From NCBI GenBank assembly GCA_963789395.1, contig CAWBKP010000006.1:37864-101863 (forward strand): a stretch of 64,000 bases of DNA, in the 5' to 3' direction. Each line of letters opens with the position of its first letter. The stretch's first letter is position 1. The notes beneath the pieces are model-generated. The model was not told the DNA's origin. It was given only the letters and a program-made list of their open reading frames with translations, and did not search any database. The position numbers were made by a program, and so were the translations under genes. This document shows positions 19,625 through 31,333 of this stretch, one piece after another. Source of the stretch: an uncultured delta proteobacterium. Lineage in GTDB: Bacteria; Desulfobacterota; Desulfobacteria; Desulfobacterales; Desulfatirhabdiaceae.

Positions 19625-21322
19625 ATGTTGAGCATTCGAAAAATCGGCGTTCTGGGAAGAACCTACCGGCACCTGAACCGGTACCGCCAGATTCTGGGTA
19701 TCCTGTTCAGTTACGGGTTCGGTGAAATCATCGAACTTCTGAAGATCGATCAGTATCTGGATATCGGCCTGCAGATGATTTCGAAAAACCGGGGAGATCG
19801 CATCGAAAAGCTCTCCCGAGCCGAAAGAATTCGAATGGCCATTGAAGAACTGGGGCCGACGTATATCAAGCTGGGTCAGGTGCTTTCCACCCGTCCTGAT
19901 CTGATTCCGGAAGAATTCATCTCGGAGCTCACCCAGCTTCAGGACAATGTGCCGCCGTTTGATTTCAGCGAAACCGAAAAAATTATTTTATCCGAATTCG
20001 GCGTTCCCTGGGATGCGCTTTTCGAATTTCTGGATAAAACGCCGGTGGCGTCCGCATCCATTGCTCAGGTTTACCGGGCCGGTTCCTGGGATGGTGAAAT
20101 CCTGGCGGTAAAGGTTCAGCGTCCGGGCATCAAACGGATCATCGAGGTCGATCTGGAAATCATGCTGCATCTGGCCACCCTCATGCAGCGGCATATCGAA
20201 GAATTTGTGCTGCATCGGCCGGTTCGCATCGTGGAAGAGTTCACAAAAGTGCTGGAAAACGAAATCGATTTTACGATCGAAGCGGCCAGCATGGAGCGAA
20301 TCGCAGCCATGTTTCTGGATGATCCGGCGGTGTATATTCCCAAAGTGTTTCGTGATAAATCCAGCGCCGCGGTGCTGACCATGGAAATGGTTGAAGGCAT
20401 CAAGATCACCCATGTCGCGGCCATCGAAAAAGCGGGCCTGGATCGCAGGCTTTTGACCATAAGGGGCGCGGACGTCTGCCTGAAACAGATTTTTCAATAC
20501 GGTTTTTTCCATGCCGATCCCCATCCCGGAAACATTTATGCACTTCCGAAAAATGTGATCTGTCTTCTGGATTTCGGAATGGTCGGGACCGTGGACCAAA
20601 GAACCCGTGAAGATATCGTGGAACTGGTGGACAGTATTGTTCACCATCACTCGTCCCGGGCTGTCCAGGTACTCTTGCGGATTACCGAATGGGACGCGGA
20701 GCCCGATCTGAAGGTGTTTGAAAAAGACATTTCCGAGTTCATGGTGCGGCATCTCTACAAGCCCCTCCGGGATATCAAAATCGGCAGGCTGCTGCAGCAC
20801 CTTCTGGAAATTTCCGCAACGCATGGCCTGAGGATTCCGGCGGACATCTTTCTGATGTTAAAAGCCCTGGGAACGGTGGAAGGAATTGGGATGGTGCTGG
20901 ATCCGGAATTTGACATGGTATCTCACACAGCGCCATATATTCGAAAAGTCAAACTCGCCCGCCTGCACCCGGACCGCATTGCCGGAGATATGATGCAGAT
21001 GGCTTCGCGGTTCATGGATTTTCTGGGCCAGTTTCCTCAGGACATTCTGGAGATAAGCCGCTTGATCCGTCAGCAGAAGCTGACGGTCAAAATTGAACAG
21101 ACGGGCTTAAACACCCTGCTTGCCACCCAGGATCAGATCAGCAACCGGATTGCCTTTTCCATCATCATTGCCGCGCTGATTATCGGCTCTGCCCTCATCG
21201 TCATTTCCGAAACCCCGCCGCTGGTTTACGGCATATCCTTTATCGGATTCATCGGTTTTATTGCGGCCGCCCTGATGGGAATCTGGCTTCTGGTGGCCAT
21301 CATCCGCAAAGGCAAGCTGTGA
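19625..21322 (+). CDS. UbiB/ABC1 (AarF) family atypical kinase
   Basis: LGPTYIKLGQ, ASASIAQV, AVKVQRP, FHADPHPGN, LDFGMV; two C-terminal TM helices. Confidence 0.92.
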   Translation: MLSIRKIGVLGRTYRHLNRYRQILGILFSYGFGEIIELLKIDQYLDIGLQMISKNRGDRIEKLSRAERIRMAIEELGPTYIKLGQVLSTRPDLIPEEFISELTQLQDNVPPFDFSETEKIILSEFGVPWDALFEFLDKTPVASASIAQVYRAGSWDGEILAVKVQRPGIKRIIEVDLEIMLHLATLMQRHIEEFVLHRPVRIVEEFTKVLENEIDFTIEAASMERIAAMFLDDPAVYIPKVFRDKSSAAVLTMEMVEGIKITHVAAIEKAGLDRRLLTIRGADVCLKQIFQYGFFHADPHPGNIYALPKNVICLLDFGMVGTVDQRTREDIVELVDSIVHHHSSRAVQVLLRITEWDAEPDLKVFEKDISEFMVRHLYKPLRDIKIGRLLQHLLEISATHGLRIPADIFLMLKALGTVEGIGMVLDPEFDMVSHTAPYIRKVKLARLHPDRIAGDMMQMASRFMDFLGQFPQDILEISRLIRQQKLTVKIEQTGLNTLLATQDQISNRIAFSIIIAALIIGSALIVISETPPLVYGISFIGFIGFIAAALMGIWLLVAIIRKGKL

Positions 21323-21326
21323 CGGC

Positions 21327-23585
21327 CTAATCAGCCTCGACAACAAACGCCCTGTTCAGCAACCGGTTGATCCGGACGATGAGCCGTTTGGGATTGACCG
21401 GTTTGGTCAGATAATCATCTGCTCCGGCGTTGATGACTGCCACTTCAGCATCTACTTCATCTTTTGATGTCAGCATGATGATGGGAATAAAACGGGTTGC
21501 CAGCTGGGATTTGAGTTTGGTGATCAGCGTCATGCCATCCATTTCCGGCATCATGTAATCGGTTATGATGAGGTCCGGTTTCTCCTGAAAGGCGATTTTC
21601 AGGGCGTCCATACCGTTTGACGCCGAAACCGTCAAAAAATTTTGAGATTCGAGAATGTTCTTGAGGATTTTTAAAACCACGCGATTGTCATCCACAACCA
21701 ATATCTTTTCCGGTCTGTAACTGGCTATCGATGAAGGCGGCTCTGGCCCGCAGGGTTCGCTTTCCCGTGTTGCAGAAAAAAATCCTTCCCGGCTTTGCGC
21801 GGCTTTATCCAGGGATTCCTGTGCCGCATCGTCCGGATCCGGAGGCGCCATGCGAAGCACTTCTTCAATGGTGGTTCGTCCGATAAAGGCTTTGGCAAGC
21901 CCGTCCATTTTCAGTGCCGTAAAGCCGTCCGCATTTGCTGCTTTCCGGATGGATGCTGTGGCATCCTCGCCGGCAACACTGCCGGAAAGAATTTCCCGAA
22001 TGTGCGGTGTGATCATGACAATCTCGAATATTCCCAGCCGTCCCATATACCCCGAATACTGACAGGCTTCACAGCCGGCGCCTTTCCAGAATTTCTTGGC
22101 GCGGTCCGGCTGGATAACGGCGTCCAGTTGCTCAAAAATCTGTGGGGTCAAGGGGTCGGGTATTTTGCATTGATTACAAATCTGACGGACCAGGCGTTGT
22201 CCGATCACGGCAATCAGGCAGTCCGCCATGACGGAAGCATCCACGCCCAATTCAATAAGCCGGGCGATTGCGGCGGCCGCATCCTGTGCCGAAAGGGTGG
22301 AAAGCACCAGATGTCCGTTTTGCGCCGCCTGAAAAGCCTGTTTTGCTGTTTCCGCATCCGGAAGTTCGCCGACCATGATAACTTTCGGATGCATTTTCAG
22401 AACGGATGCAAGACCATCCGCAAATGTGGCTCCTGCATGGGAAAGGATTTCTTCCTGGTGGATGCCGGAAATGACGCGCTCAACAGGGTCTTCAACCGTG
22501 GCGATGTCGGTCCTGAAGGCATTCAGGTGTTTAACGGCCGCATACATTGTGGCGGTTTTGCCGCTGCCTGCCGGACCGACCGCCAGAATCATGCCATGGG
22601 GTCTGGCAGTGGCCTCCGTGAAAAGCTGCAGATCCGTTTCGGAAAATCCCAGATCCTCAAGGCCCATGCCGTCGGTATCGGGATTGAGAATTCGGATCGT
22701 GACTTTTTCACCATAGGAGGCTGGAAGAGTGGAAACCCGAAGATCAAACCGGGACGCTCCCAACTTGACCTGGGTCCTGCCATTCTGGGGTTTGCGGCGA
22801 ATGGAAATATCCATGTTGGCGATAATTTTGATTTGGGAAACCAGAGACAGATGGTTTTGTTTGTCAATCTGCATGATTTCCCGAAGGATGCCGTCAACGC
22901 GGTAACGGATAACGACGTTATCTTTCAGGGGTTCGATATGAATGTCGGTGGCATTCATTTTTATGGCATCCGCAAGGATGGTGTGGGTAAAGCGGACCAC
23001 AGGCGGCAGTTCCGATGAATTCAGCAGATCCTGAACCTTCTGTTCTTTCCCGCGCACCGGCCCCACGATCTCGATGGTTTCAGCAGTCCCCATGTCCGGT
23101 CCCAGTTCCTTGTCAAGGCTTCGCCTGGGGTAATATTTGTGAATGGCGGACAGGATATCACCCTGGGGGGCAACAGTTACGAAAATGCTCATCTGGGTGA
23201 CAAACCGCAGATCATCCAGGGCATGGAATTCAAGGGGATTGGCCATTGCAATGACCAGCTGTTGCTTAACTTCCTTGACCGGAATCAGCAGATAATTTTC
23301 CGCCATGTCCTGAGGCACAAGATCAATCACTTCCCGGGTAATCTCTGCATCGCTCAGTCGGATAAATGGAATTTTAAGCTGGCTGGCCAGTGCCTTGGCA
23401 ATCTGTTCATCATCGGTGACGCCCATGTCCACCAGTATCTGGCCGATTTTCTTCTGTTGGGTTTTCTGAATTTCCAGGGCGGTTTCCAATATTTTCGAAT
23501 CAATCAGATTTGCCTGAAGCAGAAGCTCTCCCAGTTTTTTACGTTTTGAGAGGGGGTTGGGTGTATTTTCCGTCGATGTGTCCAT
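21327..23585 (-). CDS. MshEN-domain PilB/GspE-like ATPase with C-terminal receiver domain
   Basis: KLGELLL...ALEIQ and KIGQIL..MG...ALASQ; GPAGSGKT; TVEDPVE; two CxxC; REC ILVVDD...DYMMP...KP. Confidence 0.88.
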   Translation of the reverse strand: MDTSTENTPNPLSKRKKLGELLLQANLIDSKILETALEIQKTQQKKIGQILVDMGVTDDEQIAKALASQLKIPFIRLSDAEITREVIDLVPQDMAENYLLIPVKEVKQQLVIAMANPLEFHALDDLRFVTQMSIFVTVAPQGDILSAIHKYYPRRSLDKELGPDMGTAETIEIVGPVRGKEQKVQDLLNSSELPPVVRFTHTILADAIKMNATDIHIEPLKDNVVIRYRVDGILREIMQIDKQNHLSLVSQIKIIANMDISIRRKPQNGRTQVKLGASRFDLRVSTLPASYGEKVTIRILNPDTDGMGLEDLGFSETDLQLFTEATARPHGMILAVGPAGSGKTATMYAAVKHLNAFRTDIATVEDPVERVISGIHQEEILSHAGATFADGLASVLKMHPKVIMVGELPDAETAKQAFQAAQNGHLVLSTLSAQDAAAAIARLIELGVDASVMADCLIAVIGQRLVRQICNQCKIPDPLTPQIFEQLDAVIQPDRAKKFWKGAGCEACQYSGYMGRLGIFEIVMITPHIREILSGSVAGEDATASIRKAANADGFTALKMDGLAKAFIGRTTIEEVLRMAPPDPDDAAQESLDKAAQSREGFFSATRESEPCGPEPPSSIASYRPEKILVVDDNRVVLKILKNILESQNFLTVSASNGMDALKIAFQEKPDLIITDYMMPEMDGMTLITKLKSQLATRFIPIIMLTSKDEVDAEVAVINAGADDYLTKPVNPKRLIVRINRLLNRAFVVEAD

Positions 23586-23605
23586 GGTTGGCCTCGTTAA
23601 CCCTA

Positions 23606-23938
23606 TTATCTGTTGTCAAGGGCTTGCTGGATTTCCTTGAGCAAGTCATTCATCCGGACAAGAAAAGGCGGAACCGACCGGGACAGGTCTTCAAATCTTT
23701 TCTGGCGGGATAGTGTCATGATCTGCTGCGCCTGGGTCGAAATGTCCAGGAACCCCAGCGTGCCTGTGGATCCTTTCAGGGAGTGGGCCGCCTCTCCAGT
23801 TTGGACTGAATCCTGGCAGCTGGTTGCGGCGCTCAGCTTTGCGAGATCTGAAGGAGCTGTCTGGATAAAAAGCGCCAGCACTTCATAAATATCATTTTCT
23901 TCAAGCCCGAGTCGTGATGCAAGCTGCCTGACGTCCAT
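23606..23938 (-). CDS. Hpt (histidine phosphotransfer) domain protein, in frame with nth
   Basis: AAHSLKGSTGTLG; own ATG preceded by GAGGA. Confidence 0.8.
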   Translation of the reverse strand: MDVRQLASRLGLEENDIYEVLALFIQTAPSDLAKLSAATSCQDSVQTGEAAHSLKGSTGTLGFLDISTQAQQIMTLSRQKRFEDLSRSVPPFLVRMNDLLKEIQQALDNR

Positions 23939-24613
23939 GATTTCCTCATTTTTGCCAAGTCGGCGCAATGTATCAGTCACCGGCGTTTTTGCTTCAAAAG
24001 GGCACAGGCATAGGAGCGGGCAGGACGGGCATTTTGGCTTTCTGGCGTTGCAGATCTCTCTGCCAAAATATATCAGGTGCAGACAGAACACATTCCAGGC
24101 TTTTTGGGGGATGAGCGCCATCAGATCCCTCTCGATTTTTTCCGGGGACTGATTCCGGGTAAGTCCCAGGCGTCTGGATATGCGGGCGACATGGGTATCC
24201 ACGACGATTCCGGGTTTTCCAAAAGCCGCCCCCAGAACCACATTGGCTGTTTTCCGGCCCACGCCGGCCAGCTGAACGAGCTCCTCCAGCGTATCGGGTA
24301 CCCTGCCGTGAAACCGGTTGACCAGCATTTCGGCACAGAGCCGGAGATTTCTGGCCTTGTTGTGATAGAAGCCGGTCGGACGAATCAGTTTTTCGATGGT
24401 CTGGATGTCGGCTTCAGCAAAATCCTGAGGGCTGGACAGCTGGCGGAAAAGACCCGGTGTTACCTGATTGACCTGTTTGTCCGTACACTGGGCCGATAAT
24501 ATGGTGGCAACCAGCAGCTGAAAGGGTGTCTTGAATTCCAGCTGCGTCTTGACATCGGGATAGGCGGTACTTAGTTTCAGACGTATTTTATCGGCTTTTT
24601 CTTTCAGTGTCAT
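23939..24613 (-). CDS. nth: Endonuclease III (reads through into Hpt in this sequence; 3' end approximate)
   Basis: ILSAQCTD, GVGRKTANV, VDTHV, C-x6-C-x2-C-x5-C. Confidence 0.92.
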
Positions 24614-24739
24614 GAGCGTTGTACATGAAATCCCGGGGTGAATAGTCCTCAGTTAAAATACGAATATCGATATCCGAAACAAATTCAAAATTCAGTGATC
24701 AAATCAAACAATCCGTTACCCATTACATAAGACCATACC

Positions 24740-25738
24740 ATGAAAAATCATGAAAATAAAGTCCGGGCATTGGGGTTGTGTTCCGGCGGACTTGACAGCA
24801 TTCTTGCGGCAATCGTTCTAAAAAATCAAGGAATTGCCGTTGAGTGGATCAGCTTCGAAACCCCGTTTTTTTCATCGGAAAAGGCCCGCCGGGCCGCTGC
24901 CCGGCTCCGGATTCCGCTGATTGTTCGAAACATTACCCTGCCGTATATGGAAATGCTCCGCAATCCCCCGTGCGGATACGGCCAGCACATGAATCCCTGC
25001 ATGGACTGTCATGCCCTTATGTTTCGCATGGCCTACGGCGAGATGAAAGACAGGGAAATGGATTTTCTTTTCAGCGGTGAAGTGCTGGGTCAGCGCCCCA
25101 TGTCACAGACCCGATCATCGCTTCGCTATGTTGAAAAGCATTCCGGATGCCGGCATGTGATTGTCCGGCCGCTGAGTGCAAAACTTCTGGAAGAAACCCT
25201 TCCTGAAAAAAAAGGGCTCGTGGACCGCAGTCGTCTGCTCGGACTTTCCGGAAGATCCCGGAAACCGCAGATCCAGCTTGCCCGAACATGGGGGATTGTC
25301 GATTATCCCGCGCCTGCGGGCGGATGTCTTCTGACGGAAGCGGTTTACAGCAGCCGCCTGAAAGATCTGTTTGACCATCGGGCGGACTGCTCGGAAAACG
25401 CGCTGCATCTGCTCAAATATGGCCGGCATATCCGTCTGAACGAAACCGTGAAAATCATTGTGGGCCGAACACTTCAGGACAATACCGCCATCCTGAACCA
25501 CTATGATCCAATGCGGGATGTGGTGATTAAAACAATAGAGATTCCCGGCCCAGTCGTACTGATACCACTCGGGGCAGAAACCGATGAAATCCGGCAGGCG
25601 GCGTCCATCTGCGCCGGCTACAGCAAGGCGCCGGAAAATACGCAGGTGGCGGTCGAGGTGATATCTCCCGGCAATGTCAATACCCTTTGGGTTACCGGCA
25701 TGCGGACCGACTGCATTCAATCCATGCTGATCGGGTAA
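24740..25738 (+). CDS. ThiI/MnmA-like PP-loop tRNA thiouridylase with C-terminal DUF814/NFACT-R-like domain
   Basis: SGGLDS, NPCMDCH, GEVLGQRPMSQ, PAGGCLLT. Confidence 0.8.
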   Translation: MKNHENKVRALGLCSGGLDSILAAIVLKNQGIAVEWISFETPFFSSEKARRAAARLRIPLIVRNITLPYMEMLRNPPCGYGQHMNPCMDCHALMFRMAYGEMKDREMDFLFSGEVLGQRPMSQTRSSLRYVEKHSGCRHVIVRPLSAKLLEETLPEKKGLVDRSRLLGLSGRSRKPQIQLARTWGIVDYPAPAGGCLLTEAVYSSRLKDLFDHRADCSENALHLLKYGRHIRLNETVKIIVGRTLQDNTAILNHYDPMRDVVIKTIEIPGPVVLIPLGAETDEIRQAASICAGYSKAPENTQVAVEVISPGNVNTLWVTGMRTDCIQSMLIG

Positions 25739-25850
25739 GTCCTGAACGAAAAGATCGTTAGGAAAAATTCGAATATCGAATATCGAAATTCGAAACAAAT
25801 TCAAAATCCGGATATCAAAGTGACAAAAACAGTCGGCTTAAAACACAATT

Positions 25851-26790
25851 GTGAGCGGTAGGGTTGTTGCGGGCAAGTTTATTCGGTCGATGACGTTTCG
25901 GCAATGGCGCGAACTGACGCGGCTGCGTAAAAAGTATGTTCGATCAGTTGGCGATTACCGGAAACGGACGCATAAGCTTTTCGAATCGGCAAACATCAAG
26001 ATTGATTCTGTGGTGTCGGATTTGTTTGGTGTAACAGGACGCAATCTGATGAAACTTCTGATTGTGGACCGGGAACTGACATTGACGGATATCGAGGCCA
26101 GTATTTGCGGGAAACTCAAAGGCAAGGAGGTGGAGCTGTTTCGATCGATTCAAGGGTTCTTCATGGGCCATCACTGGTTTATTTTGAAAACGCTTTTGGG
26201 GACGATTGCCAATTTGGAGGGAAGAATTGAAGTACTCGAGCTACAGATCCGCAGTTTGATGAAGGATCAAAATGATTTATTGGATTGTATGAAGAAGGCT
26301 TGGGCATATCAGATGTTTCAGCTTGTGACATTCTGGCGGAAATCGATCCTACTTTGGATAGTTTTTCCACGGATACGGCATTGGTATCGTGGAGCGGTTT
26401 ATGTCCTGGTAACAATGAAAGTGCCGGGAAACGGAAAAGCGGCCGAAGCCCTGTGCGCAAGCATCATCTCAAGACCATCATGATTGAGGTGGCATGGGCG
26501 GCGGTAAAAAAGAAAGGTTCCTACTTCAAGGATAAATATTATCGCCTCAAGGCCCGCCGGGGTGAAAAGAAGGCAATAGTGGCCATTGCTCACCGGATTC
26601 TTCTGGGGATTTATCAGGTCATAAAGGATGGAGCAGAGTTTCGAGATTTGGGGGAAGATTATCTGACACTCAGAAACAAAGAAAAGAAAGTTTTGTACCT
26701 GCAAAAGCAGGCACTTGCCTTGGGATTCAATCTGATTCCACAAAAGATATAATGAATAACGGATAAAAAATAAAGACATTCTTCACAGAG
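25851..26790 (+). pseudogene. IS110-family transposase remnant (5' truncated, frameshifted)
   Basis: RELTRLR...NIKIDSVVSDLFGVTG, then ILAEID...WSGLCPGNNESAGK...KKAIVAIAHRIL; N-terminal DEDD domain absent. Confidence 0.85.
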
Positions 26791-27060
26791 GTCGATTTAG
26801 AAACTGAAGCCTGTGAGCGCGCGAAGTAACATGACCGATCAGCTTATGCACAACGAATTGTCGGTGCCCTTGAGGCAACCACGAATATAAAAATTACGAA
26901 CCAAGCTGATTAATGAATAATGTAATTTAATTGATTATTGCATTCAGGATTTTCGCTTGAATTTGAATTAAGATTTCTGTTTGATTCCCCTGAGTGATCA
27001 TGGTAATGAAAAAGAGTTTAAGTGATCTCTGCTGATTATCAACAATTTTAGGGGGGCACC

Positions 27061-27540
27061 ATGCGGAAAACGAGGGTAGCGGCATATTGTCTGGCAGCGG
27101 TATTGGGATATGGATGTGTTGTGGGGGTTCCGGGATTGACGGGGGCGGAAACCAAAGAACCGATGTGTGTTCCCATGGGAAGCATTCTTCTGGAAGCGCC
27201 CAAATCGGTTGAATCGAAGCGTCCGGCAGTGAATTTTCCGCATGTTGCGCATTTTGACTATGCCTGCAAAAAATGCCATCACACCTGGTCTGGAACAGAG
27301 CCCATTGTTGGATGTAAAACTTCCGGGTGCCACGATCTGGATACACTCCCCAAACCCGGTAAAAAAGCGGAATCCGTCTCCGAGATGAAATATTACAAGA
27401 ACGCTTACCACAACCAGTGTTTGGGATGCCACAAAAGCATCAAACAGAAAAATAAGCAAATAGAGCTTTCCGGAACGGTTCTGAAAGCCAAACTCATGAA
27501 AACCGGCCCCACAGGGTGCGTGGAGTGCCACGCCAAATAA
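27061..27540 (+). CDS. Periplasmic tetraheme cytochrome c3 (class III)
   Basis: Signal peptide; VNFPHVAH; CKKCHH, CKTSGCH, CLGCH, CVECH. Confidence 0.92.
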   Translation: MRKTRVAAYCLAAVLGYGCVVGVPGLTGAETKEPMCVPMGSILLEAPKSVESKRPAVNFPHVAHFDYACKKCHHTWSGTEPIVGCKTSGCHDLDTLPKPGKKAESVSEMKYYKNAYHNQCLGCHKSIKQKNKQIELSGTVLKAKLMKTGPTGCVECHAK

Positions 27541-27588
27541 TGTTCATGCGTTCCACGGTCGGACAACCGACTCAAGGGAAAAACCCGT

Positions 27589-28818
27589 TTGTCTATGTTT
27601 GGTGATATCATCATATTGAGTTTTCTACTGTGTTTTTCTGCGTTTTTTTCAGCTGCCGAAACCGCTTTTTTTTCCATCAGCCGAACCAAGGCAAGGCATC
27701 TGGCAAAAGATAATCAGCGGCCTTATGTGCTGATTCATCAACTGAAGGAAAACCCGCACCGGTTATTGACCACGATTCTCATCGGAAACAATGTGGTCAA
27801 TATCGGGGCATCCGCCCTTGCAACGGCGGTCGCCTTGAAGATCTTTCCCGATTATGCCCTGGGGCTTGCGACCGGAATCATGACCCTGCTGATCCTGGTC
27901 TTCGGCGAGGTGTTCCCCAAGTCTCTGGCTACCCGAAACAATGTAGCCATCGCCAGATTGACGGTTTATCCGGTCTATTGGTGTTCCATACTGTTCTTTC
28001 CCATATTAAAATTTCTGGACTTCGTTCCGATGTTGACCGGAATAATTCAGAATACATCCATCGTCACCGAAGATGAGCTGATGACCATCGTCGAGGTTGT
28101 CGAGGAAGAAGGGGAAATCAAGGAGGAAGAACGGGAGCTGATACACAATATTTTTGAATTCGACGATACCAATGCATCGGAAATCATGACTCCCCGAGCA
28201 GACATGTTTGTCGTGGACGCCGGGCAGCCCCTGGACCTCAAGGCTGTCGCAAGTTCGGGGTTTACCCGGATTCCGGTCATTGAAGCTGACATCGATCACG
28301 TCGTCGGGATTGTCAACATCAAGGATATTTTCGTACAGCAATCCGTTCTGAATCAGCCTGTCGATATTCGCAGCATCATGCGTCCGCCTTATTTTGTTCC
28401 GGAAAACAAAAAACTGGATGCGCTGCTGCGGCGATTCAAAAAACGAAAGAATCACATCGCCATTGTTGTGGATGAACACGGCGGGGTTTCCGGCCTGATC
28501 ACCCTTGAAGATGTTCTGGAGGAACTCGTGGGCGAAATCAGCGATGAAACCGACATGGAAGAGCCGCAGATTATCAAGGTTCAAGACAACGAATGGATTG
28601 TACCGGGAAAATCCGATATTGATGAAGTAAATGAGCTCATTCCCATGAACATCCTGGATTCCAAGGAATTCGACACATTTTCCGGATATGTTCTGAACCA
28701 GACCGGCAGAATTCCCAGGGTGAACGAAGAAATCCCCATCGGCAATTTTCTGGTGATCGTTCAGGAAATGGACGGGAACCGCGTCAAGCAATACCGGATC
28801 AAACTCCTTGAAGAATAA
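27589..28818 (+). CDS. CNNM/HlyC-CorC family CBS-domain transporter
   Basis: SAFFSAAETA, ILIGNN, FGEVFPK, EIMTPR, VDEHGG, TLEDVLEELVGEI. Confidence 0.92.
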   Translation: MSMFGDIIILSFLLCFSAFFSAAETAFFSISRTKARHLAKDNQRPYVLIHQLKENPHRLLTTILIGNNVVNIGASALATAVALKIFPDYALGLATGIMTLLILVFGEVFPKSLATRNNVAIARLTVYPVYWCSILFFPILKFLDFVPMLTGIIQNTSIVTEDELMTIVEVVEEEGEIKEEERELIHNIFEFDDTNASEIMTPRADMFVVDAGQPLDLKAVASSGFTRIPVIEADIDHVVGIVNIKDIFVQQSVLNQPVDIRSIMRPPYFVPENKKLDALLRRFKKRKNHIAIVVDEHGGVSGLITLEDVLEELVGEISDETDMEEPQIIKVQDNEWIVPGKSDIDEVNELIPMNILDSKEFDTFSGYVLNQTGRIPRVNEEIPIGNFLVIVQEMDGNRVKQYRIKLLEE

Positions 28819-28896
28819 GATGCGCCGATCCCTGGTTGCGTTCCCTCCGTCAACCCCTCAGCCGATTTTTTTCTCTTCTACTGATGTGTCTTCCAT

Positions 28897-31327
28897 ATGA
28901 CACAGAAATACGTCAAAATCGCCGTTGCGCTGCCGGTAGCCGCAACGTTCACATACGGCATTCCGGAGCACCTGTCCTTTCTGGCTGAGCCCGGGATGCG
29001 CGCGCTGGTTCCTTTCGGCCAGCGCAGGGTAACCGGGTATATTCTCGGCCCTAGCCCGGGAACGGAGACGGCGGTGGATTCAATCAAAAACATCCTGGAT
29101 ATCCTGGATGAATCCCCGCTGTTTCCGGCATCCATGATCCCGTTTTTTGAATGGATTTCAGACTATTATCTCTATCCCCTGGGCCAGGTGATTCAGTCTG
29201 CCCTTCCCGCCGGATTAACCCGAAAAGATGTGACCCGATACACCCTGACCCCTGCAGGCAAGCGTCCGGTGGATGTTTCCCTGCCCGTGCTGCAGCAGGT
29301 GGTGCTGCGTCTCCTTGAAGAAAAGCCCAGAACCTGCAAAGACCTGTCCGGCGCCGCAGGAACCCCGATTCCCCCGTCGCTGCTTCTGTCCATGGAAAAA
29401 AACGGATGGATTGAAAAGGTTCGGCAAGTGAAAATCGAGACCACCCGGCGCCGTCAGGAACGATATGTATCCCCGTCGGATGAAATCGAAACGGCATGCC
29501 TTTCGCGGTCGCAAAAGCGCATTCTGGAGACCATCCGGTCCTATGGCGGCATGCCGGTTCGGGAGCTGAATCGGAGAATTCCGTCTGCATCCCGGAAACT
29601 GCCCGCCATGAAAGAGGCCGGATGGATTCAGGTCTGCACCCGGACCCTGTACCGGGATCCATTTGGCGAAACCGTTCAGCCGGATCATCCACCGGAATTG
29701 ACGCCGGAGCAGCAGGATGTGGTATCCGCTGTGGAACTTGCCATGGGCAAAGGTTACAAGCCGTTTTTGCTGAAAGGGGTCACGGGCAGCGGAAAAACAG
29801 AAGTTTACCTTCACCTTGCGGAGCGGATGATTCAAAAAGGCCGATCGGTTCTGGTGCTGGTCCCAGAAATTGCGTTGATTTCCCAGATTGAACGCTGTTT
29901 TCGGGCCCGATTCGGGGAATGCGTGGCGGTTCTTCACAGCGGGCTTTCCGCAGGCGAGCGATTTGACCAGTGGGAGCGCATTCTGCGTCATCTCACACCC
30001 ATTGTCATCGGTACCCGTTCGGCGATTTTCGCCCCGGTTGAGCATCTCGGGCTCATTGTGGTGGATGAGGAACATGATACCTCATACAAACAGGACAGCG
30101 GCCTTCACTACCATGCACGGGATATCGCGCTGGTCCGGGCAAAAATGGGCGGCGCCGTCGCCCTTCTGGGTTCCGCAACCCCTTCCATCCAGTCTTACCA
30201 TCATGTGTTGACGCAAAAATTTTATGGTCTGACCCTGTCGCAACGCATCGAAGATCGGCCGCTTCCCGAAACCCGGGTTGTGGATCTGCGGCAGCTTCGG
30301 GATCAGCGGGGGATTTGGAAGCTGATCACGCCGCAGCTGCATGAGGCGATGAACCAGACACTGGCAAGAGGAGAGCAGGTGCTGCTGTTTCTAAACCGCA
30401 GGGGGTTTGCCAGTTTTCCGGTATGCGCGTCCTGCGGGGAGGTGATCCGATGTAAAAACTGCGCCATTTCCCTGACCCTTCATCAGAAGGATCAGGCATA
30501 CAAATGCCATTACTGCGGTTTTAGCAGAACTTCGGTAACGACCTGTTCTGCCTGTGGCTCATCCCGCATCAAGCTTCTGGGGATGGGAACGGAAAAAATA
30601 GAGGCTGCCGTCAGATCGCTGTTTCCGGGAGCAACGGTTGCCAGGATGGACCGGGACACCGTTACCCCCAAAGGGGCGCTGCTGAAAATGCTTAAAGATC
30701 TGAGAAACCGGACAACGGATATTCTGATCGGCACCCAGATGGTGGCAAAAGGCCATGATTTTCCTTACATCACCCTTGTGGGAATTATCTGCGCAGATAT
30801 TTCCTTTAATTTTCCGGACTTCAGATCCAGCGAACGCATGTTCCAGCTCCTGCTTCAGGTGTCCGGCCGGGCCGGCCGAGGGGCATTCTCCCGGACAGGT
30901 CATTCTCCAGACATACAACCCGGAGCATTTTATCATTGCCGCAGCCACCCGGCAGGATTACGCGTCCTTTTATGAAAAAGAGATTCATTTTCGTGAAAAG
31001 CTGAAATATCCCCCGTTTTCCCGGTTGATCCAGATCAAAGTGTCTGGAAAAGATCAAGAAAAAACCCGAGAGCATGCGCTGAAGCTCGGCGAACTCTGCC
31101 GCAGCCTGAAAAAAATCCATGCATGGCACCCGGTTGAGATTCTCGGGCCCATCGAATCCTATCTGCCCAAAATTGCCCTATATTACCGATGGCAGATCCT
31201 GCTGAAAAGCCCGCGAACCGCCCCGCTTCGCCGGATGGCCTGCGAATTGACCACTACGCACCGAAAAGATATTCACCATTCTCAGGTAACGGTTGCCTTT
31301 GACGTGGATCCCATTTTCATGCTGTGA
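28897..31327 (+). CDS. priA: Primosomal protein N' (frameshift near 30885)
   Basis: GVTGSGKT, DEEH, four CxxC, GTQMVAKGHDF, QVSGRAGR; continues QTYNPEH...DVDP in ORF 30755..31327. Confidence 0.93.
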
Positions 31328-31333
31328 TGACTT

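Noticed and set aside
25851..26790. Active IS110 bridge-RNA recombinase
   Set aside because: The catalytic N-terminus and left end are missing, and no bridge RNA could be identified by eye
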